A stretch of DNA of 64,000 nucleotides from Mageeibacillus sp. UBA1046. Its GTDB lineage: Bacteria > Bacillota > Clostridia > Saccharofermentanales > DTU023. The notes beneath the pieces were generated by a model that worked only from the letters and a program-made list of their open reading frames with translations, was not told the DNA's origin and made no database searches. The first letter of the stretch is position 1. Every line of letters starts with the position of its first letter. Positions 17,427 through 26,066 of the stretch are shown in pieces. Position numbers and translations under genes: made by a program. The DNA lies in contig DCDV01000030.1 in assembly GCA_002316595.1 (NCBI GenBank), positions 7,955 through 71,954 on the forward strand. Direction: 5' to 3'.

Positions 17427-17753
17427 ACATTTGACCTCCTCGGCAAATTGTTTAATTCGATCTGTGGAACAGGATTTCTGTGCCTCGTTGCATTTTTATG
17501 CATTATTTGCAAGAAAAATCGAATTCCCACAATTTTATTCTTAATCATTTAAAAGGTCAAACTATATATATAAATTTATCAATCTAAACAACTTAATCTT
17601 TGTTTAGATTATGATAGTATACACATTTCCCAATATTACCTTTAGTCCGGGAGATTTGCTTCGAGATTTGCTTCAACCTGCTTAAAACATAGGCCTTAAA
17701 CCATAGCTCTGATTCACCCTTTATGCAGGTCAATTTTATGCTACAATTAAAGC

Positions 17754-17903
17754 CTAACGCCGTAACTGGCCTGCAGTTGATAGTGGGTCCCGTGCGATGC
17801 GGCCCGTGAACCCCGCCAGGTCTGGAAGGAAGCAGCGGTAAGCGGCAAACCGTAGGTGCCGCGGGGTTGCCCGCTTCAGCTGCAGCCCAGATGCGGCGTT
17901 TTC
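17754..17903 (+). ncRNA. ffs: Signal recognition particle RNA (small cytoplasmic RNA)
   Basis: Conserved domain IV core CCGCCAGGTCTGGAAGGAAGCAGCGGTAAG with a GGAA tetraloop. Closing helices AACGCCG/CGGCGTT and CTGCAGTTGA/TCAGCTGCAG. Extended -10 TGcTACAAT at 17739..17747. Position directly upstream of dnaX as in Bacillus. Confidence 0.8.
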
Positions 17904-17924
17904 CCTGGAGGAAGGAGCAGTAAC

Positions 17925-19865
17925 ATGGCAAGAATCGCCTTTTATCGTGGATGGAGACCTCAGACTTTTGATGAAGTCGTGGCACAGGAACAAGTTGTTT
18001 TTCCTTTGCGGCAGAGTGTGGTCAAGGGCGAGACCTGTCACGCTTATCTGTTTACCGGTACCAGAGGAACCGGCAAGACTTCCCTGGCTCGTATCTACGC
18101 TAAGGCAGTAAACTGCCTGGATCCGGATAATGGCAACCCCTGTAATAAATGTGAGATTTGCCTCGCTATTGACGACGGGAGCTTACTTGACGTTGTAGAA
18201 ATGGACGCCGCTTCACATAACAGTGTAGAAAATATCCGTCGGTTGACTGATGAGGTGCTCTTTGCGCCGGCCTCTGCCAGATATAAAGTGTACATAATTG
18301 ACGAAGCTCATATGCTCTCAGCAGGTGCCTTCAATGCTCTGCTCAAAACGCTTGAGGAACCTCCGGCGCATGCAATTTTCATTCTTGCCACCACAGAGCC
18401 CCACCGAATCCCCGCTACAATTATCTCTCGCTGTCAGCGTTATGATTTCCGTCGTATCCCGCTGGAAGATGTTACAACAAGGCTGCGCCTAATCGCCGGC
18501 AGTTATAAGATAGATGTTACTGATGAAGCTTTGAGAACAATGGCCCTTCTGGCAGAAGGAACACTCCGTGACGCCATTTCGCTGCTTGACCAGGCCAATA
18601 CAGGTGTCGAAGGCGAAATTACTCGTGATGCGGTATTAGATCTGGTAGGTTTAGTCGATGACCAGTTTCTGGCAGACCTTGCCGGTGCTATACTCGGTAA
18701 GAGGGTTGACCTGTTGCTGGCCTTAGTTGATCAGCTCTCTTTGTCCGGGCGCGACCTGGTCCAAACCGTGGCCGATCTCGCCCGTTACCTGCGCAATGTC
18801 CTGATTTGCAAAATATCCGACAATCCCGCAGATATGATCCAGGCTACCGGGCAATCATTAAATAATATGCTCAGCTTAGCAAAAAATTCCGATGCTAAAA
18901 CGATAATTATGTTGATTCAAGGCTTATCCTCTTTGCTGAATGAATTGCGCTGGACTCCGGATCTGCGCACCAGTCTGGAGATCGGTTTGATCAGATTACT
19001 GGGCGATATTCCTGATTCAGTAATTGAGAGGTTGACCACCGACGATTCTGCCGTCACAGCAAAATCTGAGCCGATTGCAAAAGCAGCGCGGCAAGCAGCT
19101 GCGCCTGCTGAAGACAATCTGCCTGCCGAATCTGCAGTTGACGGCAACGGGAAGCCGCTGATAACTGCAGCCTGTGAAGCTATGGCTGAAGATACCGAAG
19201 CAAATGATACTTCAGTGACGGCCGCTGCCAAAGCCGCTGACTATGAGGTTGACGCAGCTGATGCCCCGGCAGATGCTGCAGTGGATGAAGCAACCGATGA
19301 AGCAGCCAAGGACGCAAAGAATAACACAGCTGACAACGCAGCGTATGACTCGGCAGATGAACCGGCAGATGCTCCAGCCTGTGAAGCTATGGATGAAGCA
19401 GCCAATGACGCTGCAGATGATTCAACAGATGGCACAGTGGACAGCACCGATGATGACCCGGCGGATGGCGAAGAGATTAATGATACAGTCGCTGCTGCAA
19501 CCCTGTTGGACCATGATCAGCTGATTACACACTGGACAAATATCTTAAATGAACTTAATGAGCTCGGCCATATAGATATATTGATTATGGCACGCTCTTC
19601 ACATGTTAGTTATGATGGTACCAACTGGTATCTTGATTTTGACAGCACTATGAATTCACAATTCGAGCGTTGCAGCATGCCCGATGCGACCAGGCTGCTA
19701 TGCCGGCTTGTATCACAGGAGATGGAACAGCCGGTTAATGTTATAGCCAGGCAGAACACAGAGGCAGAGGATAATGCCGGTGCTACGGCTGAACCGGAAT
19801 GGCTTAGTCGTATCAGAAAGGTCTGCCAGGATACTGACGTACCTTTAGAAGTGGAGGAAGAATAG
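17925..19865 (+). CDS. dnaX: DNA polymerase III subunit gamma/tau
   Basis: From ORF 17856..19865. Canonical N-terminus MARIAFYRGWRPQTFDEVVAQE starts at ATG 17925 with GGAGGAAGGAG upstream. Walker A GTRGTGKTS, zinc module CNKCEIC, box IIDEAHML. The upstream part of the listed ORF overlaps the SRP RNA. Confidence 0.9.
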   Translation: MARIAFYRGWRPQTFDEVVAQEQVVFPLRQSVVKGETCHAYLFTGTRGTGKTSLARIYAKAVNCLDPDNGNPCNKCEICLAIDDGSLLDVVEMDAASHNSVENIRRLTDEVLFAPASARYKVYIIDEAHMLSAGAFNALLKTLEEPPAHAIFILATTEPHRIPATIISRCQRYDFRRIPLEDVTTRLRLIAGSYKIDVTDEALRTMALLAEGTLRDAISLLDQANTGVEGEITRDAVLDLVGLVDDQFLADLAGAILGKRVDLLLALVDQLSLSGRDLVQTVADLARYLRNVLICKISDNPADMIQATGQSLNNMLSLAKNSDAKTIIMLIQGLSSLLNELRWTPDLRTSLEIGLIRLLGDIPDSVIERLTTDDSAVTAKSEPIAKAARQAAAPAEDNLPAESAVDGNGKPLITAACEAMAEDTEANDTSVTAAAKAADYEVDAADAPADAAVDEATDEAAKDAKNNTADNAAYDSADEPADAPACEAMDEAANDAADDSTDGTVDSTDDDPADGEEINDTVAAATLLDHDQLITHWTNILNELNELGHIDILIMARSSHVSYDGTNWYLDFDSTMNSQFERCSMPDATRLLCRLVSQEMEQPVNVIARQNTEAEDNAGATAEPEWLSRIRKVCQDTDVPLEVEEE

Positions 19866-20219
19866 ATGGCGAAAAAAGGAATGCCGATGGGTAAAGGATT
19901 CGGCGGCGGCAATATGAATCAGCTTATGCAGCAGGCTCAGCGCATGCAGCGGGAGCTTGAGATAGCACAGGAAGAAACTAAGGATATGACAGGAGAGACT
20001 TCTGTCGGCGGTGGTTTTGTCAAAGTCACAGTCGGCAGCGACCACCAAGTTCTATCATTGGAACTGGCCAGGGAAGTAATTGATCCGGACGATGCGGAAA
20101 TGCTGCAAGATCTGGTTGTGGCTGCCATTAATGAAGCAATGCGCGATCTTGACAGCAAGATTGAAGCCAGAATGGCCAAAGTTACTGGTGGAAGCGGCAT
20201 GGGATTCCCGGGTTTATAA
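19866..20219 (+). CDS. ybaB: YbaB/EbfC family nucleoid-associated protein
   Basis: 117 aa. NMNQLMQQAQRMQ...GGGFVKVT motif. Conserved dnaX-ybaB-recR order. Confidence 0.9.
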   Translation: MAKKGMPMGKGFGGGNMNQLMQQAQRMQRELEIAQEETKDMTGETSVGGGFVKVTVGSDHQVLSLELAREVIDPDDAEMLQDLVVAAINEAMRDLDSKIEARMAKVTGGSGMGFPGL

Positions 20220-20222
20220 GTA

Positions 20223-20831
20223 ATGGCAAGACATTTTTCACCTGCTATTGAACGCCTCATCACATCACTGGGAAAGCTGCCCGGCATCGGCAGAAAAGGT
20301 TCCCAGCGTCTCGCATATTATATTCTGGCTCAGGAAGATTCCTTTGCCCGGGAGCTGGCTGAAGCTATCCGGAATGCCAGCGAGCAGATCCATCTGTGCC
20401 CCATCTGCTGCGATCTGACAGAGACTGATCCCTGTGAAATCTGCGCCTCACCTCAGCGCGACCGCTCTATGATCTGTGTGGTTGAGAATCCGCGCGATAT
20501 CGTTTCCATTGAGAAGATACAAGAGTACAAGGGGCTTTATCATGTCTTGCATGGAGCAATATCACCGATGCAAGACATCGGACCCGAGCAAATCAAGCTG
20601 AAGGAGCTTTTAGTCAGATTGCAGGAAGCTGATGAAGTATCAGAGGTCGTATTGGCGACTAATCCTACTGTAGAGGGAGAGGCGACAGCTTTATATATCG
20701 CCCGCTTGCTAAAAAACACCGGCATCAAAACCACCAGGCTGGCACATGGCATCCCTATGGGCAGTGATCTGGAATATGCGGACGAAGTAACTTTGATGAG
20801 AGCCTTTGTAGGCAGACAAGACATCAGTTAA
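20223..20831 (+). CDS. recR: Recombination protein RecR
   Basis: 202 aa. LPGIGRKGSQRLAYY helix-hairpin-helix, C4 zinc finger CPICCDLTETDPCEIC, and a Toprim domain. Confidence 0.95.
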   Translation: MARHFSPAIERLITSLGKLPGIGRKGSQRLAYYILAQEDSFARELAEAIRNASEQIHLCPICCDLTETDPCEICASPQRDRSMICVVENPRDIVSIEKIQEYKGLYHVLHGAISPMQDIGPEQIKLKELLVRLQEADEVSEVVLATNPTVEGEATALYIARLLKNTGIKTTRLAHGIPMGSDLEYADEVTLMRAFVGRQDIS

Positions 20832-20835
20832 GGCC

Positions 20836-20933
20836 GTGTCTCTGCAATAAGTTGGTATCTCTGCAGTAAGTCGGTATCTCTGTAATTATGCAGCATCTCT
20901 GTAATAAGTGGGTTTCTTTGCAAAACAGTGCAA
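20836..20933. repeat. Five degenerate tandem units of 17-21 bp (GTATCTCTG(C/T)AATAAGTNG-like) after recR
   Basis: Units start near 20838, 20855, 20874, 20895 and 20912. Confidence 0.75.
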
Positions 20934-20956
20934 GTATATTATAGATAATTAATTGA

Positions 20957-20992
20957 AGGCGCTTACCTTTGAGGGCAGCGTCTTTTATTTTT
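20957..20992 (+). terminator. Terminator candidate for dnaX-ybaB-recR
   Basis: Imperfect stem GGCGCT...AGCGTC followed by TTTTATTTTT. Overlaps the stop of the convergent divIC-like gene. Confidence 0.4.
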
Positions 20993-21299
20993 CAGCGATG
21001 ATTATATCTTCAGGTGCGACCATGCCCAAGTTATCTCTTGCGACCCGTTCGATATATTCGGGGGTTCCCTCAATACTAAGTAATTGTTCTAATTCAAAGT
21101 TGATAGCTTCCAGCTCGGCCTTCTCCGCTGCCAGCTCTTCGTGCTTGCGCAGCAGACGTTCAGATTCCTGTTCCTGGGAAACAAAGATCGTAAAGCAGAC
21201 AGCCAGAACAATAATCAGCCCGCCGGAGAAAATCATTCTCGTCAACGCTGCTTTTGACATTTTAGTCTTCACTTTTTCGGTCGAGCGCTTGCCGTTCAT
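20985..21299 (-). CDS. Septum formation initiator family protein (FtsB/DivIC-like)
   Basis: 104 aa. N-terminal TM, a coiled coil, and C-terminal PEYIERVARDNLGMV typical of DivIC/FtsB. Confidence 0.7.
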   Translation of the reverse strand: MNGKRSTEKVKTKMSKAALTRMIFSGGLIIVLAVCFTIFVSQEQESERLLRKHEELAAEKAELEAINFELEQLLSIEGTPEYIERVARDNLGMVAPEDIIIAEK

Positions 21300-21413
21300 C
21301 GCTACAAGACCTCCTGCTGACGTTACATCATTACTTAACCATCTGTGTCGTTTATTGTATCTGTTTTTTGTTCGGTTTGTCCAGTCTCCAAGTCTCTTTT
21401 ATCTGCGAAAACA

Positions 21414-21441
21414 CACGAAAAAAGCCCGAAACCGGGCTTTA
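21414..21441 (-). terminator. Rho-independent terminator after yabO-like gene
   Basis: Stem AAAGCCCG/CGGGCTTT, followed on the minus strand by TTTTTTCG. Confidence 0.6.
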
Positions 21442-21518
21442 AAAGTAAAAGTAATCAAAATGTAACAATTCGCAGCGACGCTGGCCGCAGCCATATCGGA
21501 GTTCTTGGGGACAATAAA

Positions 21519-21761
21519 TCAACTTAAAAGCTCGTATAGAGTCTCTGCTTCTTCTTTCCTTACCGACTGCTTAATATCCGTAACCTTTATCTTGGTCTGT
21601 CGCTCACCAAAACCGATTTCAATGATATCGCCGATCGCTACTTCAGTGCCCGGTTTCGCTCTCTTGCCATTAATGCTGACTCTGCCGGCTGCAGCCATTT
21701 CATTAGCCACTGTGCGCCTTTTCACAATCCTCGACACTTTTAAAAATTTATCTAATCTCAC
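21519..21761 (-). CDS. S4-domain RNA-binding protein (YabO/Hsp15-like)
   Basis: 80 aa. MRLDKFLKVSRIVKRRTVA S4 motif. The GTG start overlaps the mazG stop (GTGA). Confidence 0.75.
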   Translation of the reverse strand: MRLDKFLKVSRIVKRRTVANEMAAAGRVSINGKRAKPGTEVAIGDIIEIGFGERQTKIKVTDIKQSVRKEEAETLYELLS

Positions 21762-22642
21762 TCTTCTTCTCTCTTCTCTAACAACTTAACTTCATCCCAC
21801 AAGTCATCTAATTCTTCCAGAGTCATACTCGCCATCTCTTTATCTCTGCTAATAGCCAATTGCTCCATGCTGGCAAATCTGCGAATAAATTTATCCGTAC
21901 ATAAATTTAGTGCCACTTCCGGTTCAACCTTCAGGGCTCTAAGGTAATTTACAACGGCAAATAACAGATCTCCGGATTCCTTCTCCACAGCTTTACGGCC
22001 ATCGGCGGCGCTCCATTCACCGGAAATCAATTTATCCTGAGCTTCCTCAATTTGTTCTTTGATCTCTTCTAGTTCCTCAAAAATCTTTGCCAGCGACCCG
22101 CTGCTGTCCGGCCAGTCAAAACCTACCTGGGCTGCTCTTTTTTGTACCTTGTATGCTCTGGTAAGTGCCGGAAGGGAGCGGGGAACATCCTGGAGAACTT
22201 CTGTCTGACTCTTGAGTCCTTTTTCAATTTTCTTATTCTTCTCCCAGGTCTGCAGCACTTCCGCAGAATTGCAGGCAATATCCTGGCCAAAAACATGAGT
22301 GTGTCTTGAGATCAATTTTCGCGAGATAGAAGTCACGACGTCATTAAAGTCAAACTCGCCGTTTTCCTCAGCCATCCTAGCGTGAAAAACGACTTGCATC
22401 AGGACATCTCCCAATTCTTCCTTCAGACTGTCAGGATCCTCCGCTTGAATAGCGTCTATTACTTCGTAGGCTTCTTCGATCAAATTATGTTTAATACTGG
22501 CATGAGTCTGCTCTCTGTCCCAGGGACAACCGTCAGGAGAGCGCAAGAATGTCAGAATCGAAATCAGATCATCAATTCCATATTTCTTTTCTACCAGTTC
22601 TTTGATACCGGAATTCTTAAATTTCTCGGTGTCTGCGTCCAT
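21758..22642 (-). CDS. mazG: Nucleoside triphosphate pyrophosphohydrolase MazG (tandem MazG domains)
   Basis: 294 aa. CPWDREQTH and EEAYEV...ELGDVL motifs. The start overlaps the nrdG stop (TAATG). Confidence 0.85.
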   Translation of the reverse strand: MDADTEKFKNSGIKELVEKKYGIDDLISILTFLRSPDGCPWDREQTHASIKHNLIEEAYEVIDAIQAEDPDSLKEELGDVLMQVVFHARMAEENGEFDFNDVVTSISRKLISRHTHVFGQDIACNSAEVLQTWEKNKKIEKGLKSQTEVLQDVPRSLPALTRAYKVQKRAAQVGFDWPDSSGSLAKIFEELEEIKEQIEEAQDKLISGEWSAADGRKAVEKESGDLLFAVVNYLRALKVEPEVALNLCTDKFIRRFASMEQLAISRDKEMASMTLEELDDLWDEVKLLEKREEE

Positions 22643-23190
22643 TACGTGAGTTCCCCTAATTCTTCAGTCATAAAACCATCTTTCATGACCAGTATACGCT
22701 GATTGCTGCTGCCGCGAATACTAAGGGAGATATCCTTCAATTCTTCTATGAAAGAGCCATCGATCAAATAATCAACCTGCCTTAGTAATTCACTGACATG
22801 CTGGCCGGCATCTGCGGCATATCTCAGTTCCTCATATGTATAACCACTATAACAGATGACATCAAGGCCTAAACGATGTGCCTCCTTCGCCAACATCGTC
22901 AGAGGCAACGGCTGCAAGAATGGTTCACCCCCGGAGATAGTAAGCCCTTTCAGGAGCTTATTTGCCCGCAAGGCTTTTACATGTGTCCAGAGGTCAGTTA
23001 CCTGCCCTCCGTAAAAATCATGGGTGGTGGGATTATGGCAGCCGGAACAGTGATGTGAACAGCCCTGAACGAAGATTACATAACGCAGCCCCGGGCCATC
23101 AACAGAAGACTCCGCTTCAACACCTGCGATCCTGACGAAGGAATCGCGAAATACAAGCTCGTCTGTTTCAGCATTCATATTAATATTCAC
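22642..23190 (-). CDS. nrdG: Anaerobic ribonucleoside-triphosphate reductase activating protein (radical SAM)
   Basis: 182 aa. CSHHCSGCHN cluster motif. Immediately downstream of nrdD. Confidence 0.9.
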   Translation of the reverse strand: MNINMNAETDELVFRDSFVRIAGVEAESSVDGPGLRYVIFVQGCSHHCSGCHNPTTHDFYGGQVTDLWTHVKALRANKLLKGLTISGGEPFLQPLPLTMLAKEAHRLGLDVICYSGYTYEELRYAADAGQHVSELLRQVDYLIDGSFIEELKDISLSIRGSSNQRILVMKDGFMTEELGELT

Positions 23191-23191
23191 T

Positions 23192-25711
23192 CTAATGTCC
23201 AGGATTGAGTCCGTGATGTACCCGGGCCTTTACCTCAGACTGCTTGGCATCATTAAAGCGTTCCAGCGAGCCGACCAGATAGCCGGTAATTCGTCGGATA
23301 CGCTGGAAGGCAAGGCCATTTCTCTGCTGTGAGCTAATGTAGGCGAGGGTATTGGGGTATTGTCTTTTCAGTTCCAGTAATTTATCTTTGGATAAGGTCT
23401 CGTTCTCTCTGCGTTCGCAGCGAGGACAGATCTCGCCTATTACCCCCACATAACCGCAAAGCGGATCACGATCAACGGGATGATTGACTGAACCATAACC
23501 AAGGTTATTTTCCTTCATTGCTCTGATTACTGCGGCAAAGGCCTCAGGATTCTGGGCAGCGTCTCCATCCAGCTCGACATAGCTGATGTGGCCGGCATTT
23601 GTTAACTCATGATAAGGTCCCTCTATCTGGATTTTTTCCAGGGCTGATATGGGGAAATAGACCGGGATATGGAAAGAATTTGTATAGAATTCACGATCTG
23701 TAATGCCGGGCAAAATTCCATAACGATTGCGGTCAAGCTTGAGGAAGCGTCCGGATAACCCCTCGGCGGGGGTTGCCAAAAGCGTGAAATTCAGTTGCAT
23801 CATCTCAGATTTTTCGTCACAGCGTTTACGCATATGTCTGACGATCTCCAGTCCTAATTTCCTGCTTGCCTCGGATTCTCCGTGATGCTTGCCGGTAAGT
23901 GCCTTCAATGTCTCTGCCAAACCTATAAAGCCAACGGACAAAGTGCCGTGCCTCAGGACTTTTTCGACAGGATCATTGGCCTCCAGTTTATCTGAATCAA
24001 GCCAGATACCTTGTCCCATCAGGAAAGGATTGTTCTTAACCCGACGTGCCGCCTGGATGCGATAGCGGTGCAGCAGCTGTCTAAAGACCAGATCCATTTT
24101 CTTGTCGAGCTGGTTGAAAAATTCTTTGATATCGCCGCGTGCTTCTATACCCAGGCGCGGCAGATTTATCGAAGTAAAGCTGAGGTTGCCCCTGCCATTG
24201 GTGACTTCGCGCGAACGGTCATAAACATTTGCCATCACGCGCGTGCGGCAGCCCATATAGGCAACTTCAGAATTGTAGTCTCCCCGGCGGTAATATTGCA
24301 TATTGAAGGTGGCGTCAAGGAAGGAGAAGTTCGGGAAAAGGCGCTTGGCAGAAGTGCGCATGGCAGCGCAGAAGAGATCATAGTTCGGATCCCCCTCATT
24401 GTAATTAATACCTTCTTTAACTTTAAAAATCTGAACCGGAAAAATCGGGGTTTCACCGTTGCCCAGGCCGTCACGGGTAGCTTCCAAAAGGGAGCTGATG
24501 ACCAGCCTGCCCGCCGCTGAGGTATCCGTACCATAATTTATGGAGCTGAAAGGTACCTGAGCCCCAGCCCGCGAGTTCATGGTATTTAAATTATGAATCA
24601 GGGCTTGCATTGCCTGATAGGTCTCTTTTTTAGTAATTGTTCTGACTTGGACGGCAAGATTCTCCGCCAGTCGCCGGTCGATCCTGCCGGTTAAGTGCCG
24701 GATTAATTCTTCTTCGTGATCGAGAGTGAAGGGCTGGACAAAGCTGTCCAGGAGGTCTGCAGCTATTTCCTGAGCGTCTTCGTATGAAAGATTGGTATCT
24801 GAAGACAGAAGGCCCGTTGTGAGCACGCTGCGCCAGCTTTTTTTCCAGGTCTTGTTGACACCCGGCGCCATCGCAAAATCGAAAGCGGGGATTGACTGAC
24901 CGCCGTGCATCTCATTCTGATTCGCCTGGATGGCGATGCAGGCCAGAGCGGAATAGCTGGTAATTGATTGAGGCGGACGCAGGAAACCGTGCCCGGTAGA
25001 AAAACCTTTCTCGAAGAGAGCCGGAATATCGATCTGACAGCAGGTTTCTGTCAGCATGTAAAAATCTTTGTCATGAATGTGGATGTCACCGTCGCGATGG
25101 GCTGATGCCATGTCTGTGGGGAGGATATCCTGATCTACGAAGGCTTTAGCGCCTTCAGAGCCGTATTTGAGCATCGTGCCCATGGCGGTATCGGCGTCAA
25201 TATTGGCATTCTCCCGCAGGAGGTCGGCCTCCTCGGAGCGGGCGAAAGTTACCTGCCGGTAAATCTTCATCAGATCACCATGCGCTTCTCTTATTTTTGT
25301 ATGCTCAGCGCGATAAATCATGTAGGCTTTGGCAGTTTGCAGTCTGCCCGCCTGGAAGAGCGCTTCTTCAACACAATCCTGAATTTGTTCGACCCCGGGT
25401 ACGCCGTCAACAGGGAGGGTGCGAACCACCATTACTGTAACATCATCCAGTTCAGCCTCTGTCATTGTCTCTGAAGGGATCATGGCATTGGCTTTGGCGA
25501 TGGCATTTCTGATCTTGTAGGCGTCAAAGGGCATATGGCTGCCATCTCTTTTGGTGATTGATTTAGGACCGTCGAGAGGCCCTAACGTGCCAATCAGATC
25601 CTCTCTTTGCACATTTATTTCCGGGATGACCAGTATTGGAGACAGATCTTGCTCCGTTCTGTTTGCGGCTCCATCTGCGGCTGGTATGTGATTGTGATCT
25701 TCCTGTGACAT
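23192..25711 (-). CDS. nrdD: Anaerobic ribonucleoside-triphosphate reductase (class III)
   Basis: From ORF 23192..25720. N-terminal ATP-cone, C-terminal Cys cluster CPRCERRE, and glycyl-radical motif RRITGY. ATG 25711 has GAGGTG 6 nt upstream. The listed GTG start lies inside the SD. Confidence 0.95.
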   Translation of the reverse strand: MSQEDHNHIPAADGAANRTEQDLSPILVIPEINVQREDLIGTLGPLDGPKSITKRDGSHMPFDAYKIRNAIAKANAMIPSETMTEAELDDVTVMVVRTLPVDGVPGVEQIQDCVEEALFQAGRLQTAKAYMIYRAEHTKIREAHGDLMKIYRQVTFARSEEADLLRENANIDADTAMGTMLKYGSEGAKAFVDQDILPTDMASAHRDGDIHIHDKDFYMLTETCCQIDIPALFEKGFSTGHGFLRPPQSITSYSALACIAIQANQNEMHGGQSIPAFDFAMAPGVNKTWKKSWRSVLTTGLLSSDTNLSYEDAQEIAADLLDSFVQPFTLDHEEELIRHLTGRIDRRLAENLAVQVRTITKKETYQAMQALIHNLNTMNSRAGAQVPFSSINYGTDTSAAGRLVISSLLEATRDGLGNGETPIFPVQIFKVKEGINYNEGDPNYDLFCAAMRTSAKRLFPNFSFLDATFNMQYYRRGDYNSEVAYMGCRTRVMANVYDRSREVTNGRGNLSFTSINLPRLGIEARGDIKEFFNQLDKKMDLVFRQLLHRYRIQAARRVKNNPFLMGQGIWLDSDKLEANDPVEKVLRHGTLSVGFIGLAETLKALTGKHHGESEASRKLGLEIVRHMRKRCDEKSEMMQLNFTLLATPAEGLSGRFLKLDRNRYGILPGITDREFYTNSFHIPVYFPISALEKIQIEGPYHELTNAGHISYVELDGDAAQNPEAFAAVIRAMKENNLGYGSVNHPVDRDPLCGYVGVIGEICPRCERRENETLSKDKLLELKRQYPNTLAYISSQQRNGLAFQRIRRITGYLVGSLERFNDAKQSEVKARVHHGLNPGH

Positions 25712-25726
25712 AACAAACACCTCGTA

Positions 25727-25772
25727 GACTACATGTTGTGGTTTCAGTTCTTCATACTACCATGTATAGTAT
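25727..25772 (-). promoter_or_regulatory. Two candidate NrdR-box-like sites upstream of nrdD
   Basis: Near-palindromes ACCACAACATGTAGTC (25727..25742) and ATACTATACATGGTAGTAT (25754..25772), read on the gene strand. The second is longer than the 16-bp NrdR consensus, so the match is approximate. Confidence 0.35.
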
Positions 25773-25944
25773 CACTTCCAAGACTATAAGAACATTGCGT
25801 ATTATTACAATCTTCTAACAAAAACAAGTCAACAAGTCCAAGAAATTAAAAAATTTATGGAAATTGCACGAACGAACTGTGGAACGTTGTTATTCTGCAT
25901 GCTATTCCTCTGTGCCTCTTGATAGACTAAATAACTGGCAAGCG

Positions 25945-26018
25945 GTTCATTTGACGTAACTCACGTTAACGCGCAACTGCAGTTCATTTGACGTAACTCA
26001 CGTTAATACGCAACTTGA
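25945..26018. repeat. Two tandem 37-bp units, each containing the imperfect palindrome TTGACGTAACTCACGTTAA, upstream of the cdr operon
   Basis: GTTCATTTGACGTAACTCACGTTAA is exact in both copies (25945..25969 and 25982..26006). The unit tails differ slightly. Confidence 0.85.
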
Positions 26019-26066
26019 GTTAAACTATATACAGATATTAGATATTATTTGTAAGGAGTGAAAGCC

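Noticed and set aside
17581-17610. Perfect 10-bp inverted repeat AATCTAAACA-N10-TGTTTAGATT between the liv promoter region and the SRP RNA gene
   Set aside because: There is no flanking U-tract, so it is not a clear terminator. It could be an operator, but a single AT-rich occurrence is insufficient evidence.
18880-18900. Potential -1 slippery heptamer A AAA AAT in dnaX, with a -1 frame stop five codons later (analogy to the E. coli gamma subunit)
   Set aside because: No downstream stimulatory hairpin is seen. Truncation near residue 320 would cut into clamp-loader domain III. Gamma production by frameshifting is not established for Firmicutes. It is probably a chance A-run. Western blot or mass spectrometry could test it.
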